From Mobula birostris (Eukaryota), in assembly GCF_030028105.1 (NCBI RefSeq), contig NC_092374.1, positions 194,117,345 to 194,181,344 on the forward strand: 64,000 nt of DNA. Reading direction: 5' to 3'. This document shows, in pieces, positions 35,446 through 47,400 of the stretch; position 1 is the first letter of the stretch; each line of letters starts with the position of its first letter. The notes beneath the pieces are model-generated. The model was given only the letters and a program-made list of their open reading frames with translations, was not told the origin of the DNA and searched no databases. The position numbers and the translations under genes were made by a program.

Positions 35446-38400
35446 GTAAGTAGCTTTCTGTTCCTTTATGGCTACAGCTTGGGGGAGAAGGCAATGTGCA
35501 GCGCGGGAAAAGCGGGAAGGTTCGTCTGCTTCATTTGCGTTCACGACCTACGGAGGCACTGTGGGCAGCTCGCGAGGGTCGTCACACATTCCGGCGCCAA
35601 CATTAATGTCCGCAATGTCGGCAGAACAACATAAAGCACAACAAAACGCAACAAAACAAGCTCCTTCCCTCCCTCCCACGCGCACACACGGACAGTCCAC
35701 CAATTCCGAGAACAACGTTCGGGCTTCTAGTCTCCGGGCTTCCGACATCGACCCCCTGACTAGCCGACTGGGGAAGGGGGAGCTGAATTCCAGGTCGAAC
35801 ACTGAGGACGCAGACTTCTCCTTTCTCCCTCCTTCCTTTCCAATCATGATGAAGGGTCTCAGCCCGAAACACAACTGGTTATTCCCCTCCACAACTGCTG
35901 CCTGACCTCCCGAGTTCGTCCTGTTACTCTGGATTTCCCGCATGTGCAGAATCTCTTGAGTGTGGGAGTTGGGAGGTTTTGTTACAGATGTACCAGTGAC
36001 CGTGAGGCCGCACTTGGATTATTCTGTAGAATTTTAGCCTCAGTGATTGTGGACTCCTAGCCCCGAAACAGGCCCTTCGGCCCAACTCGTCCTTGTCGAT
36101 CGTGTTAACCAGCGAACTCGTCCCATCTGCCCGCGTTTGGCCCACAGCTCCCTAAATCCCTCCGACCCATGTACTCATCTACAAGGCCTTAAGATATTTG
36201 TAGTTTACTCGCCGCCACCGCCATTTCTGTCAGCTCATTTCAGCCACGTAACACCATTTGTGTGAAGAAATTGTCTAATATCCCTTTCAAAACTCTCTCG
36301 TCTAATCTTAAACCCATGCTCTCTTGTTGATAACAACAACCCTCCCCCGGTGTAAAATGCTGCTTTCAGAATATCTATGCCCTTTATTGTGTTTCATACC
36401 CCTATCAGGTGACCCCCTCAATCTCCTACATTCCAGAGAATAAAGTACTAGTCTATGCAACCTCTCCTTGTAACTCAGGCCCCCAAATTCTGACGACATC
36501 CAGGTAAACCATATCTGCGCGCTTTCTAATTAATAACATCTGTAACAGGGTGGCCAGCTCTGTACAAAATATTCCAAGTGCAGCCTCACCAACGACTTGT
36601 ACAACAGAAACATAACTTCTGGACTCCTGTCCGCAAAGCTCTGACTGAAGTTCAGCGTACTGAACATTGTCTTCACTACCTGTCTGCCGCTTTCAATGAG
36701 CTGTGCACTCGTACTCCTAGGTTCCTCTTTTCCAGGCTCCGATCCGCACTTTCTCGGTAACTGTAACACTTCATTCCCCATTCTGCTGTTGTTCCTCCTT
36801 TACAATAACTCACTGAATCGATGTGATAAAATGATCTGTAAAATGATCAAACAAAACGTAGTTTTTCACTTTACCTCAGTACATTTACCATAATAAACAA
36901 ATTTACCAATTTTAAAGTTTGCTCTCTGCTTTCAGGCATTGGTGCTGAGAAGTTTGTGGTCATTCAGGACAAGTCCAGCATTGTTGCCACAGAAGGGGAG
37001 ACGGTGGTTATTCCATGCAGACACAATTTCACGAATAAAGTATGGTCCTACCAGTGGTTTAAAGGAGCCCAAAATGGAATAGAAGTGACCAATGAAACAG
37101 CAGAGTACAGAGGCCGCTTCTTCAGACCTCCAGGGGGTGATCCCACCACTAACAGCACAGATGTTTCCCTGCAACTGAAGGACGTGCGGCCGAGTGATTC
37201 TGGGATGTACTTCTGCAAGTTGGAGGCAATAAAATGGAAAATGTATGGGGCAGGGACGAATCTCGCAGTGAGAGGTAAGCCAATCATCAAGCATCTCCTT
37301 GTCTAAGCAAATCAGACCCACCACCCGAACAGAATTTGGTCAAGGCTGGAAAATGCTGGAGTTACTTAGCAGGTCAGTCAGCTACTGTGAGGAGAGATGC
37401 AGCAAAATGTTCAGATCTGTGACCAATCCTCAGGGAAGAGAAGGAGGGTAAACAAGAAGAAAGAAATATCTTGTAAACAATTTTTGCCTAGTGCTGAGGA
37501 AAGATCTTCCACTTCAAGCATTAACTCTGTTTCACTTCCCACAGATGCTACCTGACCTACTGAGCGTTTCCAGCATATCTAGTTGTTTTTTTTTTTACCA
37601 CAGATTTCCCGCATCTGCAGGTTTTAAATTTTCATTGTTAGAATTTCACACCCTGGATAATGATAAAATCGTTCCAGAACAGAAAATGTGGGAGAGGGGG
37701 TGAGTAGTAACAAATCAAACCTTCCCTCCAAGGACTCTGTCTTCTGATTTCTTGCTGCCTCAGTGAAGCATCCAACATAATGAAGGACCCCACCCACCCA
37801 GGACATTCTCTCGTCTCCCCTCTCCCATTGGGCAGAAGATACAAAAGCCTGAAACCACAAACTACCAGGCGCAAGGACAGCTTCTATCCCACTGTTATCA
37901 GACTATTAACTGGTTCCCTGGTATGATCAGATGGGCTCTTGACCTCATAATTTACCTCGTTACGGCATTGTCTCCCTACACTGCACTTTCTCTGTCACTG
38001 TTACACTTTACTCTGCTATTGATTTACCGAGTACTACCTCACTCAGCGCCATGTAATGATCTGATCTGAATGAACAGTATGCAAGACAAGTTTTTCACTG
38101 TACCTCAGATTATGGGACAATAATGAACTAATACCAATTCCAAAGAGGCTGTTGGTGCTGAAACCTGGAATGAACCAAACACAATGCTGGAGGAACTCGT
38201 AAGTCAGGCAGAATCTAGGGCGGGAGATTGAGAGTTGATCTTTCAAAAGGGGACACTCGGCCCATTCTGTCTGTACTGAGTCCATGCACCAACAATTACA
38301 CGCTTCAGCTTTTCTCCAGAGCCTGGCAAACACCTCCCAGTCAAATACCTCCCTGTTTGCTCTTGGACAGTAACATTATTCAAATGTATACACCGAGTAC

Positions 38401-41400
38401 GCTGTTAGTGGCAAGTTCCTTAACAGTACAAATGAGCAGAAGGATCTTGGAGTCCAAGTCCAAAGTTCCCTTGAAGGGGGCCAGATACGTTAATAGGATG
38501 GAAAAGAAGGCTTACGGCTTATTTTCCATAATTACTCAAAGAAATCAGTTCAAGAGTTGGGAAGTTGCATTGCAGCTTTACATAATTATTTAGTTTGCAT
38601 CTGGTATTGCATTCAGTTCTGTTCACCCGTTATAAGGAGGAGGGTGAGGTTTTGGAAAAGGAGCAGAAGAGGTTTACCAGCAGTCCGTCTGGTTTAGCGG
38701 GCAGGTGCTATAAGGGAAGGTTGGACAAATGTGGGTTGTTTTCTCTGGAGCAGCAAAAGCTGAGCAGAGACCTGGTAGAGGTTTATAATTTATAAGAGAC
38801 ACAGACAGAGCAGACAGTTGATATCATTTTCACAGGGAAAAGTGTCTAATACCAGAGTGAATGCATTTATAGTGAGAGGGGGTCTGTTCAAAGACGTGTG
38901 GGCAATTGTTTTACATGGAGAATGGCGGGTGCCTGGAATGCTCTGGTTGTGGTCGAGGTAGAGGCAGATACAATAGGGCATTGAACAGACTCTTAAACAG
39001 GCGCATGGATGTGCAGGAAATCAGGGATGCGGACATTTTGTTAGGAAGGGTTAGTCTAATTGGACATCTGGTCACCAATTAGTTTGTCACAACATTGTTT
39101 ACCGAAGGGCCCGTTACTGTACGGTATTGTCCAATGTTTTTAAAATAGCAATTGCTGAATTATCCAGTCCATAGCCCAATCACTTTGTTAAAATATTTCT
39201 GCTCACGTTTTACCACTTCATTCTTTCAAAGTTTCTACCCCCAATGCCAACTCCGGCTGATGGCAGGATCAGAACCGGAAACGACATCACTATCTGAATC
39301 GGGTTTAATATCACCGGCTGCCGTTTTAACAGTCGAAGATTATTAAATAGTATTCGTTCTTCTCCATCGAAAGAATTTGAATGTGTTGCTTCTCTTGATG
39401 CGGAGACAGCCCTTGATAGGGTGGAGTGGTCTTACTTATTTGAGGCTTTGGGAAGATGTCATCTTGGCCCGGGATTTATTTCCTGGATTAATTTGATCTA
39501 TCATGCTCCTATAGCTGCGGTTATAACTAATAATAAAAAAGATCTCCCTATTTTAGATTATACAGAGATACACAGCGGGGATGTCGTCTTAGCCCTTTAT
39601 TATTTAACTTGGCTTTAGAACCCCTTGCTATTGCTCTTACAGATTCTAACACTGTTCAGGGTATTAAAAGAGTGGACAAAATACACAAGGTTTCTTTATA
39701 TGCACATGTCCTGTTAGTTTATACTTCAGATCCTAGGAAATCTGTTCCTTCTATGTTATCTATATTTTCTGAATTCAGTAGTTTTACTGAGTATAAATTA
39801 GATTTACATAAAGGTGAGTTACTTCCTATTTATAATTACTCGGATCCAAATCATCAAGTACCTTTTAGTATTGCTAAAAATTAATTTATCTATCTCTGTA
39901 TTAAAATTACTAAAATATTGAGGATCTCTATAAATATATTTTTTCCATTAATTGACTACACCGAACAAATCTTTCTAAATGGTCTCCTATGACATTATCA
40001 TTAATAGGTAGAATTAATGATAATAAAATGATAGTTTTACCGAAACTCTTATATATTTCAAGCAGTTCCTTCCTTTGTTCCTAAAAAGTTTTTTGATAGA
40101 ATAGAGTATAACATAATATAATAACCTTATCTTATATTGGGAACAATAAAAATCCTAGTTTTTAGGATGGCCAAGTGGTTAAGGCGTTCGTCTAGTTATC
40201 TGAAGGTCGCTAGGTCGAGCACTGGCTGAGGCAACATGTTGTATCCTTGAGCAAGGCACTTAAATACATTTTGCTCTGCGACGACACAGGTGCCAAGCTG
40301 TATGGGTCCCAATGCCCTTCCCTTGGACAACATCGGTTCCGTGGAGAGGGAATGCTTGCAGCATGAGCAAATGCAGGTCTTCCATACAACCTTGCCCAGG
40401 CCTGCACCCTGGAAACTTTCCAAGGTGCAAATCGATTGTCTCATGAGACTAACGGAACCCTGTAAAATAAAAATCCTAGATTGAGCAAACCCTGTTTGCA
40501 GAAATTAAAAAAGGATGGTGGTATAGTTTTGCCAAATTTTAGAATGAACTTTTGGGCAATTAATATTGGGTATATTACTTTTTGGATTCACTATTCAGGT
40601 ACACATGAATGTCCTTCATGGTTGGATTTGGAGGAAAACTCGGTGAAAGGATTCTCTTTGACCTCTTTACTGGGAGCTCCTCTTCCCTTTTTGTTTTCTA
40701 AGATTAGTAGACAAGATTTTAATCCCATTAATAAACATATGTTAAGAATTTGGTTTCAGTTTCGTAGATTTTTGAGTTAAATAATTTTATCCTTTCTGGT
40801 AATATCCATCTCAATATTTTTTAAACTATCAATTTTGGATAAGGCTTTTTTAAATTTGGAAACCAAGGGAATAATAACTTTTTCAGATTTGTTTTTAGAG
40901 GACTGTTTAAGGTCTTTTTCTCAGTTCGTGGATGAATGTGATTTATCTGATGTACACTTTTTTAGATATTTACAAATTAGGAACTTTTTACGAGGTTTGT
41001 TGCCATATTTGTTGCTTATCCACCTCATATGACAAATGCTCTCTTTCAGTTTAAACCATTTCAAAAAGGGTTGATAGCTATAATCTATAAACCGTTATTG
41101 AACTCACGAATGACATCTAATGATAAAATTAAATGCGCTTGGGAATCGGAATTTCAAGAGTCATTTTCAGATAATCAATGGAGTAAAACTTTTCATTTGG
41201 TTAATAACTCATCTATTGGTGCCCGATATTCCTTGATACAGCTCAAAGTAGTGCATCAGGCCCATATGTCAAAGGATAAACGCGCGTATTTTCTCCAATA
41301 TCAATCCTATTTGTGACAGATGTAATACTGAGCTGCCCATTGTAACTCACATGTATTGGTCTTGTATCAAGCTAGATAACTTTTGGAGAGAAGTTTTTAA

Positions 41401-44400
41401 AATGCTATCAAAAGTTTTGGATCTGGATCTACAACCTCATTTGCTAGTGGCAGTTTTTGGGATTATCCCACTGGAAGCAGGAAGTATTCCTGTTTACGCT
41501 CAACGTATGATAGCCTTTTCGAACCTTACTGACTTGGAGAGTCATTTTATTGAAGTGGCAGGATTCTAATCCACCGACAGTCTTTTATTGGCTCTCCTCC
41601 ATTATGTCCTGTTTAAGTTTAGTGAAAATAAGAAATCGGACATTTGATACATCCTTTAAACTTGAGCAAATCTGGGGACCTTTTATCCAATATTTTCATT
41701 TAATTTGATTTATTACTCTTTCAATCTTTTTTCAAAATTTTAGATTTGATCAGAAAGTCTTTCTTTCTTTTTGGTCGTATCCTCAAAATGGACTGCTCAG
41801 TCCCTTTTTTTTTTGTTTTTTTTAACATAGTGTAGTGGGATTTTTTTCCTCTTCATTTAAAACTCAATGTTTTTTTTCTTTTCTCTTCATAAACTGATAA
41901 GGGGAGAATTGCTATTTTCATTTTTTTATTATATATTTTATACTAGTTTAACAATATCTATAAATTTGAAAATGTCTATCTTAATCTCGGTTGGACTGTT
42001 ACTGATATATATATTTGAGATAATTCTCCACTTGATTGTATTTTTACTCCTTTTAAATCTATAAAAAGATTACTAAAGAAAGAAAGATTCTCATAACATT
42101 GCCCTTTTGACACATCTTTTGTATCTCCTGCTGTAATTTGTAATCCACATCCCGGGTGCTGTTTTTGGAGGCCTGTATACAACTGACATTAGGGACGTTT
42201 TACCCTTGCCGTTTCTTAACTCAACCCATAGAGACTGTACACCTTGCAATTCTGTGTCATCTCTTTCCAATGACTTAATGTTATTTCTTATACACAGAGC
42301 CACATCACCCCCTCTGCCTACTAAACTATCTTTCCAATATACCGTACATCCTTGGACGTTAAGCTCCCAATGGCAGCCATCCTTTAGCCAAGTTTCAGAG
42401 ATGGCCATAACGTCATATTTGCTGATCTGTCACTGAATTTCAAGATCGTCCATTTTATTACCTATGCTGTGTGCATTAAAATACAACACAATCAACCTTG
42501 CATGTTATTCTCTGCCTGCATTGCACTTTCCCTGTAACTGTAACACTTTATTATCCATTCTGCTATTGTTCCTCCTTTGCACGAACTGATTGAATTGATG
42601 TGATGAAATAATCTGTATGGATGGCAGACAAAACGTAGTTTTTCACTGTACCTCAGTACATGTGACCATAATAAACCAATTTACCCATTTTAAAGTTTGC
42701 TCCCTGCTTTCAGGCATTGGTGCTGAGAAGTTTGTGGTCATTCAGGACAAGTCCAGCATTGTTGCCACAGAAGGGGAGACGGTGGTTATTCCATGCAGAC
42801 ACAATGTCACGAATAAGATATGGTCGCACCACTGGGTCAAGGGAGCCCAAAATGGAACAGAAGTGACCAATGAAACAGCAGAGTACAGAGGCCGCTTCTT
42901 GAGACCTCAAGGGGATGATCCCTCCACTAACAGCTCAGATGTTTCCCTGCAACTGAAGCACGTGCGGCTGAGTGATTCTGCGATGTACTTCTGCAAGTTA
43001 GAGTCTAAGGAATGGGAAATATATGGGGCGGGGACGAATCTCACAGTGAGAGGTAAGTCAGCCTTCAAGTATCTCCTTGTAAGTGCGAATCAGACACACC
43101 ACACAAACAGAATCTGGTCATGGCTGGTCAAGGCCGAACGTGCGCTGTTTTCCCTGGAGAGGCAGAAACTGATCAGAGACCTAGACCATAGAACATAGAC
43201 CCTACAGCACTTTACAGGCCCTTCAGTCCACAATGTTGTGCCGACCATGTAACCTATTCTAGAAACTGCCTAGAATTTCCCTACCACATAGCCCTCTATT
43301 TTCTAAGCTCCCTGTATCTAAGAGTCCCTTATCTGTTTTTACTACCATCACTGGCAGTGCGTGCCACACATCCACCACTCTCTGTGTGAAAAACTTACCT
43401 CTCACAACCCCCATTACCTGCTTCCAAGCACCTTAAAACTGTGCCCTCTCATGATAGCCACTTCAGCCCTGGGAAAACGCCTTTGACTATCCACACGATC
43501 AAAGCCTCTCATCATCTCATACCCCTCTGTCAGGTCACGTCTCATCCTCCATCCCTCCAAGCAGAAAAGGCCACGTTCACTCACCTATTCTCATAAGGTA
43601 CACTCTACAATCCAGGCAACATCCTTGTAAATCTCCTCTGCACACTCTCTATGTTATCCACATCCTTCCTGAACTGAGCACAGTACCCCAAGTGGGGTCT
43701 GGCCAATGTCTAATACTGCAGTTGCAACATTACCTCACACTCTTGAACTCAATCCATGGTTGTTGAAGACCATCACACCATACACCTTCTTAACAACACC
43801 ATCAACCTGCGCAGCAGCTTTGAGTGTCCTTTCGATCTCTGTGATCCGGCATACTGCCAAGAGTCTTACCATTAATTTCATATTCTGTCTTCAAATTTGA
43901 CCTACCAAAATGAACCACTTCACACTTATCTCGGTTGAAATCCATTTGCCATTTCTCAGCCAGTTCTGTATCCTATCAATGTCCCATTGTAATTTCTGAC
44001 AACCCTCCAGACTATTCACAACACCTTCAGCTTTTGTGTCAAAAGCAAACGTACAAAATTACATTTCTACTTCCTAATTCAGGTCATTTATAAAACTCTC
44101 AAAGAGGAGGAGGGTCCCAGAACAGATCCCTGCAGAACACCACATCATTGACCTACATGTAGAATACAAACCATCTACACCCCTGACCTTCTGTAGGCAA
44201 GCCAATTCTGAATCCACAATGCAAAGTCTCCCTGGATCCCATGTTGTCTTAATTTCTGAAAGAGCCTTGCATGGGAAACCTTATCAACTGCCTTACTGAA
44301 ATCCATATGCAGTGCATCCACTACTCTCCGATCATCGATGTATTTTGTTACATCCACAAAGAACTCAATCAGGCTTGTAAGGCATGACCTGCCCTTGACA

Positions 44401-47400
44401 AAGCCATACTGACTATCCCTAATCAGATTGTCTCTCCAAATGCTCATAAATCCTGCCTCTCAGAATCTTCTCCAACAACCTGCCCACCACTGAAGTTAGA
44501 GTCACTGGTCTATAATTTCCTGTGTTATCTTTACTCCTTTTCTTGAACAGGGGAACAACATTTGCAACCCTCTCATCCTCTAGTGCTTCGCTAATCCATA
44601 TTACTGATGCAAAGATCATCAACAGAGGCTCAGCAATCTCCTTCCTTACTGTCCACAGTAGCCTGGTGTGTATTTCGTCTGGTCCCAGAGACATATCTAA
44701 CTTAATACTTTTCAAAATCTCCAGCACACCCTTTTCCTTAGGGTCTATATGCTCAAGTGGTTCAGTCTGCTGTACGTCATCCCTACAATTGCCAAGTTTC
44801 TTTCCTCTGGTGAATACTGAAGCAAAGCTTACATTAAGTATCTCCGCTTCTGCCTCCGACACCATGCACATCTTTCCACTTTTGTACCTGATTGGTCCTA
44901 TTCTCACACGGCTCATCCTCTTGCTCTTCACATACTTGTAAAATGCCTTGGGATTTTCCTTAATCCTTCTTACTAAGGCCTTCTCGTGGCTCCTTCTAGC
45001 TCTCCTAATTTCATTCTTAAGCTCCTTCCTAGCCACCTTGTAATTTTCTAGAGCTCGAACAGTACCAAGTTTCTTGAACCTCTCGTAAACTTTTCTTTCC
45101 TTCTTAACTATGTGTTTAGTGGCGGGATGAGGGAGATGTCCTCCTTTTTTTTAAGAAAGGGGCTTCCCTTCCTCCACCATCAACTCTGCTCTCAAATGCA
45201 TCTCCCCCATTTCACGCACATCTGCTCTCACTCCATATTCCCGCCACCCCACTAGGAATAGGGTTCCCCTTGTCCTCACCTACCACCACACCAGCCTCCG
45301 GGTCCAGCATATTATTCTCTGTAACTTCCGCCACCTCCAACGGGATCCCACCACCACTAAGCACATCTTTTCCTCTCCCGCTCTCTCTGCTTTCCACAGG
45401 GATCGCTCCCAACGCGACTCCCTTGTCCATTCATCCACCCCCCCCCCCGCTGCCATCCCTCCCCACTGATCTCCCTCCTGGCACTTATCCTTGTAAGCGG
45501 AACTAGTGTTACACATGCCCTTACACTTCCTCCCTTACCACCATTCAGGGCCCCAGACAGTCCTTCCAGGTGAGGCAACACTTCACCTGTGAGTCGGGTG
45601 GGGTGATATACTACGTCCAGTGCTCTCGATGTGGCCTTCTATATATTGGCAAGACCCGACACAGACTGTGAGATCGTTTCACTGAACACCTACGCTCTGC
45701 CCACCAGAGAAAGCAGGATCTCCCAGTGGCCACACATTTTAATTCCACGTCCCATTCCCGTTCTGATATGTCTATTCACGACCTCCTCTACTGTATAGAT
45801 GAAGCTACACTCAGGTTGGAGGAACGACACCTTATATTCCGTCTGGGTAGCCTCCAACCTGATGGCATGAACATTGACTTCTCAAACTTCTGCTAATGCC
45901 CCACTTCCCCCTCGTACCCCATCCGTTATTTATTTATATACACACATTCTTTCTCTCTCTCTCCTTTTTCTCCCTCTGTCCCTCTCAATATACCCCTTGT
46001 CCATCCTCTGGTTCGCCCCCCCCCGCTTCTTTCTCCCTAGGCCTCTTGTCCCATGATCCTCTCATATCTCTTTTGCCAATCACCTGTCCAGCTCTTGGCT
46101 CCATCCCTCCCCCTCCTGTCTTCTCCTATCATTTTGGATCTCCTCCTCCCCCTCCCACTTTCAAATCTCTTAGTAGTTCTTCTTCCAGTTAGTCCTGATG
46201 AAGGGTCTCGGCCCGAAACGTCGACTGTACCTCTTCCTAGAGATGCTGCCTGGCCTGCTGCGTTCACCAGCAACTTTGATGTGTGTTGCTCCAGCTCCAT
46301 CATGTAGTCTTTCATGAGCTGGAGTTGGCTGCACCTCCCACAGTTGTAGACATCAGGGAGACGATCAGGTTCCATGAATTGCCACATCCTGAAAGAGCTG
46401 CATTCCACTGCCACATTTGCCATCCTGCCTGCACTGTACTATGGGCAGCCAAGACCAAATCAGCAATAACGAAAGGGAAAAAAAACTCCCCTTGCTACCT
46501 GTTTCATTGGCCTCAGCCGTTTCTTGTTCAAAGATGGCCACTTCGCTGGACCCGATCTCTCTTTTATGGTTTAAAAATAAGAAAAATCCCCACACAAGGA
46601 GAAGGAACTCATCACGTTTGGTGGTGCACTGCCTGCCTTCAGCTGCTGCCGATGCCTTTGACCTGATAGAGGTTTATAGTTTATTAGAGACACAGACAGA
46701 GCACACAATTGATATCATTGTCACAGGGGAAAAATGTCCATTTCCAGAGGGCATGAATTTAATGTGAGAGGGCGTATGTTCAAAGGAGAAGTGTGGGCAA
46801 GTGTTTTTCACAGACAGATGCAATCAGGCATTCAACAGGCTTTTAAACAGGCACATGGATGTGCAGGAAATGAAGGATACGGACATTATGTTGGGAAGGG
46901 TTAGTTTAATTGGACATCTGGTCACCAATTAGTTTGGCACAACATTGTTTACTGAAGGGCCCGTTCCTGTACAGTACTGTCGAATGTATTTGAAATAGTA
47001 ACTACTGAACTGTCCAGTCCACAGCCCAATCACACTCTTTGTTAAAATATTTCTGCTCACGTTTTACCACCTCATTATTCCAAAGTTTCTACCCCCAATG
47101 CCAACTCTGACTGATGGCAGGATCCGAACCAGAAACAGAATCAGTAACAGAATCGGGTTTAATATCACCGGCATATGTTGTGAAATTTGTTTACTTAAGC
47201 TGCAATACAATGCAATACATGATAATGTAGAAAAAGTAATAGATAAGCAGATCAATTACAGTAAGTATAAATGTATATTAAATACTTAATTTAATAATCC
47301 TGCAAAAACAGAAATAATTTAAAAAATCTGAGGTGGTGTTCATGGGTTCAAAATCCCTTGAGAAATCAGATGGCAGAGGGAAGAAGCTGTTCCTGAACCG

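Larger units (their letters stand above)
33300..36500. promoter_or_regulatory. CpG-rich domain spanning the receptor's promoter and leader exon
   Basis: CG dinucleotides are visibly more frequent than in the flanks, including inside old SINE/LINE remnants (e.g. 34745-34920). Not quantified. Confidence 0.6.

Noticed and set aside
37275-37306. Read-through of V1 (and of V2 to 43198) into the intron, as a secreted isoform
   Set aside because: Both exons have strong donors and I see no nearby poly(A) signal; a short open run into an intron is expected by chance.
40159-40230. tRNA-like sequence (also at ~50160-50235 on the minus strand)
   Set aside because: A/B-box heads run into SINE bodies, one with a TSD; no complete cloverleaf.
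43042-43048. Perfect RSS heptamer CACAGTG at the end of V2
   Set aside because: It is formed by the codons CTC ACA GTG (L-T-V), has no nonamer at 12 or 23 nt, and is absent in V1. The exons already contain the J-like strand, so there is no sign of RAG rearrangement.
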